NCBI RefSeq assembly: GCF_009914755.1
Contig: NC_060926.1
Reading direction: 5' to 3' (one strand)
Length of the DNA: 64,000 nucleotides
From: the human T2T-CHM13v2.0 reference genome, Homo sapiens
Part shown: positions 1 to 13,002 of the stretch, in pieces
Layout of the letters: each line of letters opens with the position of its first letter
Position numbering within the stretch: the stretch's first letter is position 1
Program-made: the position numbers and the translations under genes
The notes under the pieces: generated by a model
Told to the model about the DNA's origin: nothing
The model's database searches: none
What the model saw: only the letters and a program-made list of their open reading frames with translations

Positions 1-169
1 GAGAGTAAACTTAGGATATCATGGGGCCAAGAATATTTCGAAGAAGAGAGAGACAGATGGCTCAGAAGTCCAGCTTTTATACCTTCCCTGTAGGTAGTGT
101 GATGCCATATAATTCAGAGTGCTCATTGGATATGCGGAAATGACTCATACCTAACCTTGCCTTCATCAT

Positions 170-300
170 TTCCTAACACTTTGACTTTGAGCAAGTTACA
201 TCATCTCTGTAGACTCAAATTCTTTATCTGTAGACTAGGGATAATGATCATTATTTTTTGCTAGGATTAAATAGGTAATGTATTAAAGCTTTTGGTTACA
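170..300 (+). mobile_element. MIR SINE fragment
   Basis: TGACTTTGAGCAAGTTACATCATCTCTGTAGACTCAAATTCTTTATCTGTAGACTAGGGATAAT...GGATTAAATAGGTAATG resembles the MIR core. Confidence 0.7.
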
Positions 301-2354
301 CTGGTTATGCTGAATAGATATTAGCTTTTCTGCCTTTCCCCAACCGTTGTCCTTGGAAACAAGTCCCTTGGCATGCTTCTGAGATTTTTTTGTAGGTGGT
401 GGTGGTTGTTCCAAACTCAGGATATTCTGTGTCAAGTAACACAGCTTCACTATGTTATTTCTCCTCTCTCCTGACATTTCAAAAAAAATACTGAAAGACA
501 CTGGAGTGATGCTTAACATGAAAGTTACTTTGGACTCTGAAGATGAAAGATCTGGTTGAGATTCCAGGTACAGCTCACCAGTTGGGTGCAAGTGGACAGA
601 TCTGAATGTATTAACCAACTGCTGCTGAATTTCAAAACATCCACAATCCATTGAACCTTCAAGCACCTTTGCAAATGTATTTTCACTTAACTTTTTAACA
701 TTATAGGTAATTTAAAGAAAAAATTAGTTAAGTAGTTTGAGTTTATGTTATATTATCAAATGACAGTTTTCTAAGCACTTTAAGCCATTTTGAGTTCTTC
801 CAATATGTTTAAAAGCTTTAAAGAAAAAAAATGTATGTTTTATATTTACAGAAAAGGGGAGGACATATGTTAATAAAAGAGAATTACCCTCAGACACTCA
901 GTTCTTAAAATACATCTGCAATGGTTCCTTTACAGTGGATCAAATGTAAAATTTGACCCTGCTGCAAAGTTAAATGCATACCTATTTTTCCAGGATGCAA
1001 AACAGAAAATATTGTATTCTTTAAAAAAAATTATTATAAGCACAAAAAGAAAATTTGAACTAGGAAAGTGAGGAGATTCCTTTAGGTAAGGAGTTTAGAA
1101 AAGGGCAAAATCTATATAAATTTAAAAACATTGAATGTAGTGGTGGGAAGATTAACAACATTCACTGTCTACTGAGTGTTTCCATGAGCCAGTCACAAGT
1201 GCTGAAGGCCTGAGCCCTTGCCCTCAGACTCCAAAACCCCTTCGTGACTCAGATGCAGAAAAAAGTAGTCCTAGCCCTATCTTTTTCTTCTTTTTTCTTT
1301 CTTCCTTTATTACTTGCTTTTTACTTTGAGATTATTTTTTCTTCAGTTCATAAATTGGAACAAATGCATTAAGGAAAGCAAACACTGAGCATTTTAGTAT
1401 AAGATGCATTCATGTTTCATGGAACCTGTTACTCTGATGGTGATTATGTTGGCTCCTCTTGAAATGGGGGCCCAGGGATGAGAGGGCCATAGTCCCCCAT
1501 CATCCCCCACAGCCCCTTCCAAAGTCATTCCCAAAGCCCATCCAGTCGAAATTAAAATAACATGTTTTTAATAAAACAGTTTCAAGACAAATCTTGTAGC
1601 CCTTCTGTCAACAAGACTGTTGCCATTAAGTCATTCTAAACTAAAACCTGTAGCACCAGCACTAGGGGGGCCAGTGTGTCACATCACAGGCATCAGGTAA
1701 ATTTTGACATGAGAAAGTTAAATAGATGAGGTGAGTTTAACTGCAGCCAGTCGCTGGCAGCTGAGCACATTTGAGAGAATCACAGCTGCCCAGAGGCTAG
1801 TCTTTCACTCAGCTACATCCTGGTCTTTATTTTTCCAAAGAGACATCACTGTAGAGATATATTACACATTATATATCTATAATTAGAGCTGTATTATACA
1901 TTATGTATTTTAGATATGCAATTCTAACAAGTCTAGCTGGGGTTGTCTGTGTACTTAATCTTAACTCCTGCTTAGGACTGGAAAACTTGATCCATTAGAT
2001 GCAGGATGCTCTCATAAATACAGCATCTTAGGCAATGAAGCTCTTCTATGCTCCAGTGAAAATTTGGGCTTAGAGCTCTTAAACTGATGGCTCTGAATCA
2101 ATTTTCACTTAGGCAGAGGTTTCATTATAATGGCTGATTTTAAGTATACTCTGATGTAATTAAATGTTGAACACCTCTAAATACTTGTGTACTTAGGCAG
2201 AATATGTTGTTAGTTGTCTTTTTGCAAAGGGATATATTTCTGTATTTCTTTCTGTGTATATGAATATACATATATGTGAAACTATATATTATATATATTA
2301 TTTGTTTTTTGTTTGTTTGTTTGGCAGATTTTGGCTTATTAGAAATTTGAGATT

Positions 2355-3370
2355 TGTTGTAGGAAGAATGATGTCTCCTCAAAAATGGCTATATCCTTAT
2401 CCCTGGAAATGGTGAGTATATTATGTTATTTGGGGTTGGAGGGATGAAAGTTGCAGATAAAGTTATGATTGCTAATCTGCTGATCTTAAAATAAAGAGAA
2501 TAGCCTAGATTATCTAGGTGGGCCCAATGTAATCACAAAGGTATTTTAAAGGTATATAAACTGTTCTATTTTAAAGACACATGCACACATATGTTTGCTG
2601 AAGCGCTATTCACAATAACAAAGACATGAAATCAACCTAAATGCTCATCAATGATAGACTGAATAAATAAAATGTGGTACATATACACCATGGAATACTG
2701 TGCAGCTATAAAAAGAATGGGATCATACCCTTTAGAGCTAGAGGCCATTATCCTTAGCAAACTAGCACAGGAGCAGAAAACCAAATACTGTATATTTTCA
2801 CTTGTAAGTGGGAGCTAAATGATGAGAACACATGGACACATAACTTGGAACAATACACCCTGGGGCCTATCAGAGGGTGGAGGGTGGCAGGAGGGAGAGG
2901 ATCGGGAAAAATAACTAATGGGTACTATGTTTCATAACTGAGTCATGAAATAATCAGCACAACAAAGCCCCATGACACACTTTTACCTATGTAACAAACC
3001 CACACATGTACACCTGAATTCAAAATAAAAGTTTTCTTTAAAAAAAGACAGAAAAGGGAGAAGGAACAATCTGTGTCCAAGCAATGCTGTGTGTGTGGGG
3101 GAAAAAAAACCCTCTTCCATCCCTTGCTGGCCCTGAGATGGGAGCGGCACAGGCAAGGAATGTGGGCAGCCTCCAGGAGCTGGAAGAAACCAGTTTCAGT
3201 TCTTTCCTAGAGCTTCCAGGAAGAAATGACATCCTGCTGACAAAGTTGATTTCAGCCCAGTATGATCCATTTTAGACATTTGGTCTCCAGTACTGTAAGA
3301 TAATATACTGTGTTGCTTGAAGGCACTACATTTGTAGTAATTTGTTACGGCAGCTCTAAAAAACTAACAG
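2355..3370 (+). mobile_element. MLT1D-like MaLR LTR split by an L1 insertion (halves ~2355-2550 and ~3047-3370)
   Basis: 5' half has TGTTGTAGGAAGAATGATG...GATTATCTAGGTGGGCCCAATGTAATCACAAAG; 3' half has AAGGAATGTGGGCAGCCTCCAGGAGCTGGAA...GTAATTTGTTACGGCAGC...AACTAACA. Confidence 0.8.
2553..3046 (+). mobile_element. 5'-truncated L1 3' end (L1PA13-16-like) nested in MLT1D
   Basis: AAAGACACATGCACACATATGTTT...GGAGGGAGAGGATCGGGAAAAATAACTAATGGGTAC...TTTACCTATGTAACAAACC, AATAAA and an A tail. Confidence 0.9.
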
Positions 3371-3480
3371 AAGTTTCATTTAATTAAATATGTTCACATT
3401 CTGCTATGTATACAACTAAGTACATTTGTAAAAAAAAAATAGGAAATAATTAGCAATATTTCAGGGGAAGAAAGAAATCA

Positions 3481-3802
<322 letters not shown>

Positions 3803-6800
3803 TTAGAGCCAGGAGGTTCACATGGTGCTACCTAAGCCAAGCTGGGGTAGGGGCATTCCAGGAAGAGGAGACAGCATCTGCCAAGTTCTTGAGACCACCG
3901 GTGAGCTCCCCACTCACCTTCAATACAAATGGCATTGGGGTTTTAGGTTGTCTTGGTTTTTTTAATGCTTGGCTGTATTATTAAATGCTGTTTCTCTTCA
4001 ATTTTGTGAATATCATGGCCAAAATTTTGCCTTAGTTTCTGAACTTTTGATAAGCCTCTCAGGACCTGCTCTATCTCAGGAACAGACTCTGAGAGTTCTT
4101 TGTCTTTCTTATTCTAACATGGTTGTCTTTATATGGATGGACTTGGCATGAGCCACAGCACATGACAAACTTAATACCAATTACCAAGAACCTGGATTAC
4201 TAACCAGGAACATTTACTTTGTGCCTTACAGAAGCTTCAATCTCCCTTGGTCCAAAGGTGACATCATTATCTGTCTCCAAATGCTGGTTTCCTTGACCTT
4301 TTGCTTTTCCTAGTTCTACTGACCTTGTTCACTTCCTGCACACTCACTCTCACTTTGTACCCAGAGCCACACTTTGATCTCCTTCTCTGTGTCCAGGCCT
4401 TTGTCTTCTTGCCTAGGATCCTGTCTCTGCATTCTCTCTGCTTTCCTCTCACTGCCACCTTCATCCATTGCAGAACTTCACCGTCGGGTGATTTATTTGG
4501 CCACTTCAAGAATCAACATGTCATATTCATTCTTACTCTTCAGGGGCACGTCCAAAGCCGGCAGATTCAGACAACTTTTTAACAGGATCGCCTTGATCCC
4601 CTAAAAAGGAATTGGGCTGCAAGTCACAAAAACTTCTGCTGAGAGTTCCTAAAATAAGTTTCATCAGATTTGCTCCCTTGATATGAAATCTTTTCTCTTG
4701 CAAATCTCTCATTAGAAGGTTAATATCCTACAGAGGTTGGGTAGCAAAACAGCCAAATTAATCTATATGATCATTATCATATACATGATATATATTACAC
4801 ACATACAATATATATTATATACATAAACACACAGACACACACACATTGATGAGTTAGGGTTTGTAGTGAGTTTATTTTGATGAGAAATGTGGACAGGGAA
4901 GCCTGAAATACATGTTTATTTCCAAAATGTGAAGCATCTCATGAGAGGATGGTAAAGGTAATTAATTCACTAATTGTTTAACGTTGGAAAATATATTAAT
5001 CAGTGGGAGGAGAGATGCCAAATACTCAGGTAGAAGGACCTCAAACAAAACTTGGATCTTCTTAAAACTTTGCCTCAAATAAGCCCTGTGAAATATGTAT
5101 CGATTACTAATTGAAGCCAGTAAGTATTAAAAGCATCTTAGTATTTCCTATCCAAAGCAGCAAACCTTTGTTTCTTCCTGTATCACTGTCTTAAACAATA
5201 ATGTAAACCGATTGCACAAAAATAAATAACTATGCTTTGGATAATTTAGATTACATTTTGATTCTGTCATCCTCAGCTTTGCTTGTGATTGCTTTTTTGA
5301 GTGTGACTCCAGCAAATCCATCTTTTCAGTATTTTATTTCTTTCCATTTAAAGCATTTTAGCAAGTACTTTTGAGGCAGATCTTCCCTGTGTAGTACCTC
5401 TACTCAGGTCATTGTGTTCCATATGGAAGAAATTTGAAAAGTTAAAAAAGAAAAAAATTTAGCCCAAACCTGAAGAGTGGTAGTCAATGTAGTTAATGTG
5501 GGCCTTTGCAAATGTACCAGAAAAATTAAATATGTTGTCCTCAAATTAGCAATAACTTACTTAATATTTGTACATTCAAAGAAGATTGAAACATCTCCAT
5601 ACTTTATGACTAACACCCAACAAAAACGAAATTTAAACAACCTCTATTACACGAGGCAATTGTCTTGAATGCTTTCACTTTCATTTGTACATTTTCCCCT
5701 AATGTCCTATGTCCCATCTTCTTCTGAACTTTAGGTGTGTTTGATTGTTGTTGTTCTCAATAGTGTAATCAATTATTGGAACTGATAATAGTGTGGATTA
5801 TCTGTCTTATATAGCTTTCTCCCTGAGGATTATGGACCTATAAATATTAATTAAAAACAGCCAAATTATGCTACAATTTATAGATTAAAAAATCAGAAAA
5901 TGCCCCATTGTTTCTCCAGTTTAGGGATGATACTTGAAAACATATGGCTGAATATTTAATCTCCCTATAATAGATAACTTTCAAGTCTATAAATCATGAT
6001 TCCCTTTATGTTCTATAGCCTTTCTGCCACTCCAAAATCCATTATAACCCTTCTACTGAAGGAAAAGAACAGATCAAAGAGAACAGATGAATTTGTCACT
6101 ATGTTTTCAGTGCCTTTTGTTGTTAGTTGTTTGTTACTGTTCATGAAGATGTTGTCATTGGAAGACTCATAGACATACTGGAATAAGCTTAGTCACAGCT
6201 TCAATGTTTACATCTCCATCCAAAAAGCCGCATCCAAATTCTCTTAGTTCCAACTCCAAATTCTCGTATGAACTTATGAGCTCATGAATTCATAAACTCA
6301 TATGAACTCTCAATGGTCCAGTGCCCATTGCCAGTCTAGGCATCTATGCCCAGAGAGTGGGGAAATCCAAAACACCAGCAAGGCTGATAAAGCTCCCTTT
6401 TGAAATCTCTTGAATGAACTCACAGTGTCCTCATAAAAGTTTGGTAGGTGCATTCAATGTTTTGTTGAAATGATTTTATCAAGGTCACATTTCTAAATTG
6501 TAGCTCTGGAACCACAGAATTTTTTTTTTTTCGATTTTGTTTTTTTGACTAGCTGTTTCCAGGAATCCATCTTAATGTAGACGTTTCTTCCCTTTACTTG
6601 TAGACTCTCACACATGTTCATTCTCCTCTATGATTACTTTCAATGCTTTTTCTTCTTTCCTCCCTATGTCTAGCCCTGGAGCTAAAACTCCTGGCAAAAC
6701 AAAGACACATTTTCCCATTCCTTGACAATTTCTTCTTTCACTCTTGCATGTAGCCTCTCATACCTCTGCCAGGGACTGCTTCCCTGGAAGCTCAGCCAAA

Positions 6801-7394
6801 GCCATGAACATCCTGAAGCAGAGTATCAAGAAGTCACCTAAAAGCAATTCAGTCATTGATAATGTGATTCCTCAGTTGTGTCCAGATATAACTCAAATAT
6901 GCTAGAACCTATATCAGTCTATGCAAATGAAAATCATTAGGTTTCAGTTAGTTCTCTCAAAACAGGGTAGTTATCTCAAAACTGAGTATCAAAATGTACA
7001 AAGCATCAGCAGTCAGATTGCTAAAAACATGCCACAGTACTTTTATACTACAGGATTTGCCATAATATGCAAAGTTGCTGGCTGGCTGGAATTTCTTTTA
7101 AATTCCAATCTGAACAGTGAACATATATATACAGAAAATAATTTACTTCCTGGGATTAAAAGCTTTGGAGGGGTGTGGAAGGGTCATCTTCCCTACTGGT
7201 TCTAATGTCAAGAAAATATCAGAAGAACTCCAAGTGGGAAATTCTTTTAAATAAAAATGTCTTGTATCTATCAAAAATGTCAATATCCTGGATATCCTGG
7301 ATATTTCACATGCAGTATATAGTAGGAGCCAGAGAATCTTCAGATAACAGGAAGACAGAATTATGAAAGATGCATCATAATCTACAAATGTTGT

Positions 7395-8745
7395 TTTGCT
7401 TCTATCTGTTTTTAGATTGTCTTTTCACAAATGTTCACATTTAAAGAAAAGTTCCAAGACTAATAGAAAGAATTATCATATATCCTTTACCCAAATTCAC
7501 CAAATGTTAAAGTTAACATATTTCTATATTTGCTATATCATGGTCCCCCCTTCCAGATAGTTAGATCGATATGTGAATATATAGGTAGATATGTCTATAT
7601 TAATCTATATTATCTATCTACTACCTTCTATCATCTATTTGTCTATCTATCCATCTATCTATCTAATCATCTATCTATCTCTCTCTTTTGCTTATGAGAC
7701 TAAGTTGCAAATATAATTCCATTTTACTCCTAAATACTTAGGAGTGTATTTCCTAAAATTAGGGCATTCATCCTCTTACATAAAAATAGAACACTATTAA
7801 AATCCAGAAGTAAGCACTGACAGAAGAGCATTATCTAACCTGCAGACTTTATTTGAATTTCATCAACTGTCCCAATATTGTGTGTTATAAGCCAAGGTGA
7901 TCCCAATTACTGTGTTGCACTTAATTGTCATGTCTCTTTAGCATCTTTCAATCTGGACAATTACTCAGTCTGTTTTTGACTATTTTGACATTGACTTTTT
8001 TAAATTGTGTTTTATTTTGTTTTAAGTTCTGGGATACATGTTCAGGATGTGCAGGTTTGTTACACAGGTAAACGTGTGCCATGGTGGTTTGCTGCACCTA
8101 TCAACCCATCACCTAGGTATTAAGCTCCGCATGCATTAGCTATTTATCCTAATGCTCTCCCTTTCTCTGACCCCCCCAACAGGACCCAGTGTGTGTTGTT
8201 CTCCTCCCTGTGTCCATGTGTTCTCATAGTTCAGCTCCCACTATAAGTGAGAAAATGCGGTGTTTGGTTTTCTGTTCCTGTGTTAGTTTGCTGAGGATAA
8301 TAGCTTCCAGCTCCATCCATGTCCTTGCAAAGGACATGATCTTGTTCCTTTGTATAGCTGCATGATATTCCATGGTGTATGTGTACTATATTTTATTTAT
8401 CCAGGATATTGACATTTTTGATAGATAAAAGACATTTTTATTTAAAAGAATTTCCCACTTGGAGTTCTTCTGATATGTTCTTGACATTATACTATGGGTA
8501 TGAATTTTGGCAGGACTATCACAGACTTGCTCTTGGTTCTTCTCATTGCATTTCATGAGGAGGCACATTGCAGTGTTGACTTAACCAATAGTGGTGATCT
8601 CAACTTTGATCACCTTGGTAAGATGGCTTCTGTCTGGTTTAACTTCTGTAATGTTTCTATTTCTCCCTTTGCAATTAGTAAGTAATTTGTAAGATGACAC
8701 TGTGAGACTAGGCAAATATTGTTTTTAAATTTTTACCCCCTAGCT
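7395..8745 (-). mobile_element. L1MC4-like 3' region, interrupted by an L1PA insertion; contains a degenerate (TATC)n tract at ~7590-7685
   Basis: CCTTTACCCAAATTCACCAAATGTTAA, GTGTATTTCCTAAAA, TTTTGGCAGGACTATCACAG, AACTTTGATCACCTTGGTAAG resemble the L1MC 3'UTR in reverse. Confidence 0.75.
8000..8404 (-). mobile_element. L1PA8/PA10-like 3' end, 5'-truncated
   Basis: TTTTAAGTTCTGGGATACATG...CAGGATGTGCAGGTTTGTTACACAGGTAAACGTGTGCCATGGTGGTTTGCTGCACCTATCAACCCATCACCTAGGTATTAAG; degenerate TSD GACATTGACTTTT / GATATTGACATTTT. Confidence 0.93.
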
Positions 8746-9356
8746 TTTTTTAAAAAAATTATTCATCCAATTTATTTATTTGTTAAGTAGCTATTAGGTA
8801 CATCAGAAATTATAAACTTAGATAGATAGCTAGACAGACAGATAGATGACAGAAGCTAGGTAGAGAGATAACATAGATTAATCTAGACATTTCTACCTAT
8901 ACCTTCCTGTGTGTGAAGTGTAGGAAGCCGTTAACTAATGGAAGTCTTAGATTTTCCTTTCAAATGTTCTTACATTTTTTTAAAAAATTACTGGCCAAAC
9001 CAGATTCCCTTTGGAATACATCTGGCCCACTGCTTTCTACCAATGCATGCCAATGTCCTTTTTGAGGTAGCAGATGAAGTCTCTTTCTTTTGAATTCCAA
9101 TCTGACCAATGAACATATATATACAGAAATTAATTTACTCATTCAGTCACCCGTTCATTCAATAACCTTTAGAGTGACAACTATATTTCCAAGTGCTTGT
9201 ATGAAGGAGAACACCAGAGCAGTAAGATTCAGAGGTTACCCTCATATATGCTGAAATATGAACCCTTCTCTCATCTTTCCACCTACCCAATCAGAATTAG
9301 TTTTCTCTTTATCGGAATTCTCACATAGTTTTCTGTCTTGCATATATTTCTGATTA

Positions 9357-9605
9357 ATTTTTAAAATTGTGGTAAGATACAAATAATGTAAGCTGTGTCA
9401 TCTTGACCATTTTTAAATGTGCAGTTCAGAAGTATTAAATAGATTCATAATGTTGTGAAATCATCATTGCCATGTATCTCCATAACCCTTTTCATCTTGT
9501 AAAACTGAAACTCTTTGTCATTAAACAAGAGCTCCCCATTCTCTGACTCCTATCCCCTAGCAACTACCCTTCTACTTACTAGGAATTTGACTACTCTAAG
9601 TACCC
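9357..9605 (-). mobile_element. L1MB-like 3' end
   Basis: ATTGTGGTAAGATAC...CCATTTTTAAATGTGCAGTTCAG...TTTTCATCTTGTAAAACTGAAACTCT...GAATTTGACTACTCTAAGTACC. Confidence 0.8.
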
Positions 9606-10880
9606 CTGTGTCCCAACAATTGTAGTAAGTACCAGGGATACAACAGCGAATAAATAAAATATTTGACAATTTTTTGAGAGCAGTTAAGCAATATTCACTA
9701 TCATAAATAGGTATAACCTTCAACACAACAATTTGAACAGAAGAATTTAACCAAAACATCTCAAGTTAATTATAGAAAATTACCTGGTACAGTAATATTT
9801 TTAATAGAAAAAATAAAATAAAATAAGCTTAACATGTACCCACAGTAGAGAATAATTTAACTACCTTATGCTAAAAATACAATGACAGAATATTCTATAG
9901 ATGGCAATAAGAATTAGCTAGATTTTATTAAAGAACCAAAAAACAGAAGCGTTCACTGGACTACTATTATATAATACAAATGTGCATGTGTGTATCTGCC
10001 ATGTATTTATTACTTTTATCAAGAGTTTATAATATGAAACTATTAACTGTAATTCAGGAAATTAGATGCATGAATCTAGTTGGCAACGTGTCTTACTATA
10101 ACTTTTACAATATTTAAAGTTTTAAACATTTCGATGCATTTTTATTATTTAAAAGACTAAGAAATGAAAACATAAAGATTAATATTTTCTAACTAAAATG
10201 CTGTGCATGATTTTACCTTATGCTCTCCTTATTAGGAGCTGTGTGATCTATTCCTTATAGAGTTTGATATAAGATAAAACAAGGGAAGAAATCTATGCAA
10301 ATCTGTCTTCCATTTTAAATCTGTTAAAAGTATCCAATCTATGTGAGAGAGAAACCATTCTACCACTATTGGAAACAAAGAGGGGCTTGATAAAGACGTG
10401 TATAGAGGCATGGAATGAGAGTAGAGAAAGGGCAATTAGAAGGTCACTTCCCTAACAGCCACCATTCGCCAAACTCAGGTGAGACTTCCCAGGGGTTTTT
10501 CTTAGCTCTGCCTCCATTCACACAGTTTCCTTATTTCCCTTTTCATTAACATGTTCTGAATTAGATTAGACTCTACAAAGAAAGATAAGCAAAACATACC
10601 AGAAGGAAGAAATTCTAAAATTTAACTCTATGAAACTTTTTAAAAATTTTTTATCTGGATACCGAAATTTAAATTCAAATATATAATTAAACCGTTAGCA
10701 GACTAAATCTAGGATTTATATCTTTCAATAGAATAAGGAGGTGAGGGTAAGACATGATTGATAAAACTAGAAGTAAAGAAAAAAGTGCAAGGAAAAAAAC
10801 ATAATCAACAGAGAATATAGAAAAGGACAGAAAAAAACAACCCTTACGTATGAGTATTTCATAATACTACGAGGAAACTG

Positions 10881-10882
<2 letters not shown>

Positions 10883-10910
<28 letters not shown>
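10883..10910. repeat. (TG)n microsatellite
   Basis: About 14 consecutive TG units. Confidence 0.95.
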
Positions 10911-10913
<3 letters not shown>

Positions 10914-11117
10914 AAAGGATCTTGTAAAAATCTAGCTCAATCACTTTTATAAATATAGATGTAAAAACATGAAATAAAATATTACCATATCTAATCCAGC
11001 AAGTCATGATCAATTACAGTGTCATAAGGGAATGCAATTTCTTCTAAAAGCATGAAATTTATTAATGTAGTTCATAATGTTAATGTATTAAAGTAGAAAA
11101 AGAAACATAAACTGGAT

Positions 11118-11320
11118 CAGTATTTCTCAACAGGGACACTGATTGCAGTTGAACATGATATTGCTATGCATGGAAGTACCATTGATATTTCTGCTACTTT
11201 CCAGTAAATTCCTGTAATAGTCAACAGTTACCGGAACAATCAAAAACACCGCTTCCCTCTTTCACACCACATTCAAATGCTTTCTATGAGAGACTAATAC
11301 TACCTCTGGTTGAACATTAT
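11118..11320. mobile_element. MER20-like hAT-Charlie DNA transposon relic
   Basis: Termini CAGTATTTCTCAACAGGG ... CTGGTTGAACATTA resemble CAGTGGTTCTCAACC inverted repeats; internal ACAATCAAAAAC. Confidence 0.5.
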
Positions 11321-12344
11321 AAGTCCAGCCAGATAGAAGCTGAAAAGCTTTTGTAAGATCTAATATCTATACTTTTTTTCAAGTATTGATAAACCAGGAA
11401 CAGTTCAGTTTGTCTGTGGGAGAACAATAGCAAGTATCATTTTACAAGATGAAATGGTGAAAATGTGCGGCATTGAAGTCAGAAAGAAGAAAAATAAGCC
11501 TGATTTGACAACTAATATTCAACATTGTTGGAAATTGATGTCTATGTGAGTATAAGTATTGGGAAAAAAGTAAAACAAACATGAATGATAGTGGATGTGA
11601 TTGTCTCCCTGGCAAATCAAAGAGACATATACGAATTAAAAATAAATAATTATGTGTGTGTGTGCAAGCGTGTGTGCATGATCTAAGCAGTGAAGGAAGC
11701 CAATAGAATACATAGATAAATACATAAGTTTGTCTACACATCAGCAGTGAATAATTTAAAATGGAATAAAAAGGAAAGCCCCAAAAAAAGTAGCAAGATA
11801 CGAATATATTTAATATGAAAAAGCAAACAATAATTTGGAAGACCTGTATGAAGGAAATACTAAACTTTACTCATGGACATAAAGAAAATTGAATTAAATT
11901 GAGAAACATTCTGTGTTCTTGGATTCTCTCCCAAATTAATCCACAATTTTAAGCAGAACTATCAGAGATAGGAACATAGTGTGTGGTAAAACTGGCATTT
12001 CAATTCATTGGTGATAGGATATATAATTAAATGAAAATTTTTAAGTCAAATTCTTAGTGGATTTTCATGATTTACTTTATAGTTTGACAAAATAATTCTA
12101 AACTTTACAAGGAAGTACAGTCTCTGGAGAATAGACACAATATTTTTAAAAGAAAACAAATAATCCGTATTTGCCTTAGAAAATGTTAAGTTTCATTACA
12201 AATGTATGTTAAATATACCAGTGTGGTATTAATATAGAGGAAAGAACAGATTATAAAATTCAGAAACATTAAACTAAAAGGAAACACTTAAAATATAATA
12301 AACATGTCATTTCAAATTACTGGAGGAAAGATATGTTGCTTAAA

Positions 12345-13002
12345 AATAAGAAAGGAAATCAGTATATCAAAGAGATATCTGCACTCCCATGTTTCGTGAA
12401 ACATTATTTGGAATAGCCAAGATTTGGAAGCAACCTAAAGTATCCTCCAATAGACAAATGGATAAAGAAAATGTACACAATGGAGTACTATTTAGCCATA
12501 AAAAATATGAGATTCTGTGATTTGCAACAACATGGATGTAAATGGAGTTTATTATGTTGTAAAATAAGCCAGAAACAGAAAGATAAACTTCCCGTGTTCT
12601 CATTTGTTTGTGGTATCTAAAAGTTAAAACAATTGAACTCGTGGAGATATAGAGGAGAATGATGGTTACCAGAGGCTGGGAAGGGGAGGACAGGACAGAG
12701 AAAGAAATAGGAATGGTAATGGGTACAACAATATAATCAGATAGAATGAATATGATCTAGTATTTGATAGCACAACAGGGGCACTATGATCAACAATAGT
12801 TTATTGCACATTTTAAGGTAGTTAGGAAAGCATAACTGGAATGTAACAACACAAAAAAGGGTAAAATGCTTGAGTTGATGGATACCCCATTTATCATGAT
12901 GTGACCATTATGCATTGTACGCTTACATCAAAATATCTCATATACACCATAAGTATATACACCTACTATGTACCCACAGAAATTAAAAATAAAAAAGTAA
13001 AA
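12345..13002 (+). mobile_element. L1MA3/MA4-like 3' end
   Basis: AAAGGAAATCAGTATATCAAAGAGATATCTGCACTCCCATGTTT...GATGGTTACCAGAGGCTGGGAAGGG...TACTATGTACCCACAGAAATTAAAAATAAAAAA. Confidence 0.92.

Noticed and set aside
283-666. 127-aa minus-strand ORF and the other listed ORFs outside repeats (e.g. 15253-15666, 40398-40661, 61234-61596)
   Set aside because: No recognisable domain, many non-ATG starts, composition typical of AT-rich non-coding DNA, and no convincing splice context. Lengths are consistent with chance.
1659-1672. CTCF-like motif GCACTAGGGGGGCC
   Set aside because: It deviates from the core consensus, and a single partial motif cannot be supported without ChIP data.
6267-6294. Imperfect palindrome TATGAACTTATGAG-CTCATGAATTCATA
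   Set aside because: Two mismatches in 14-bp AT-rich arms within a low-complexity ATGA/TCAT patch; too weak to interpret.
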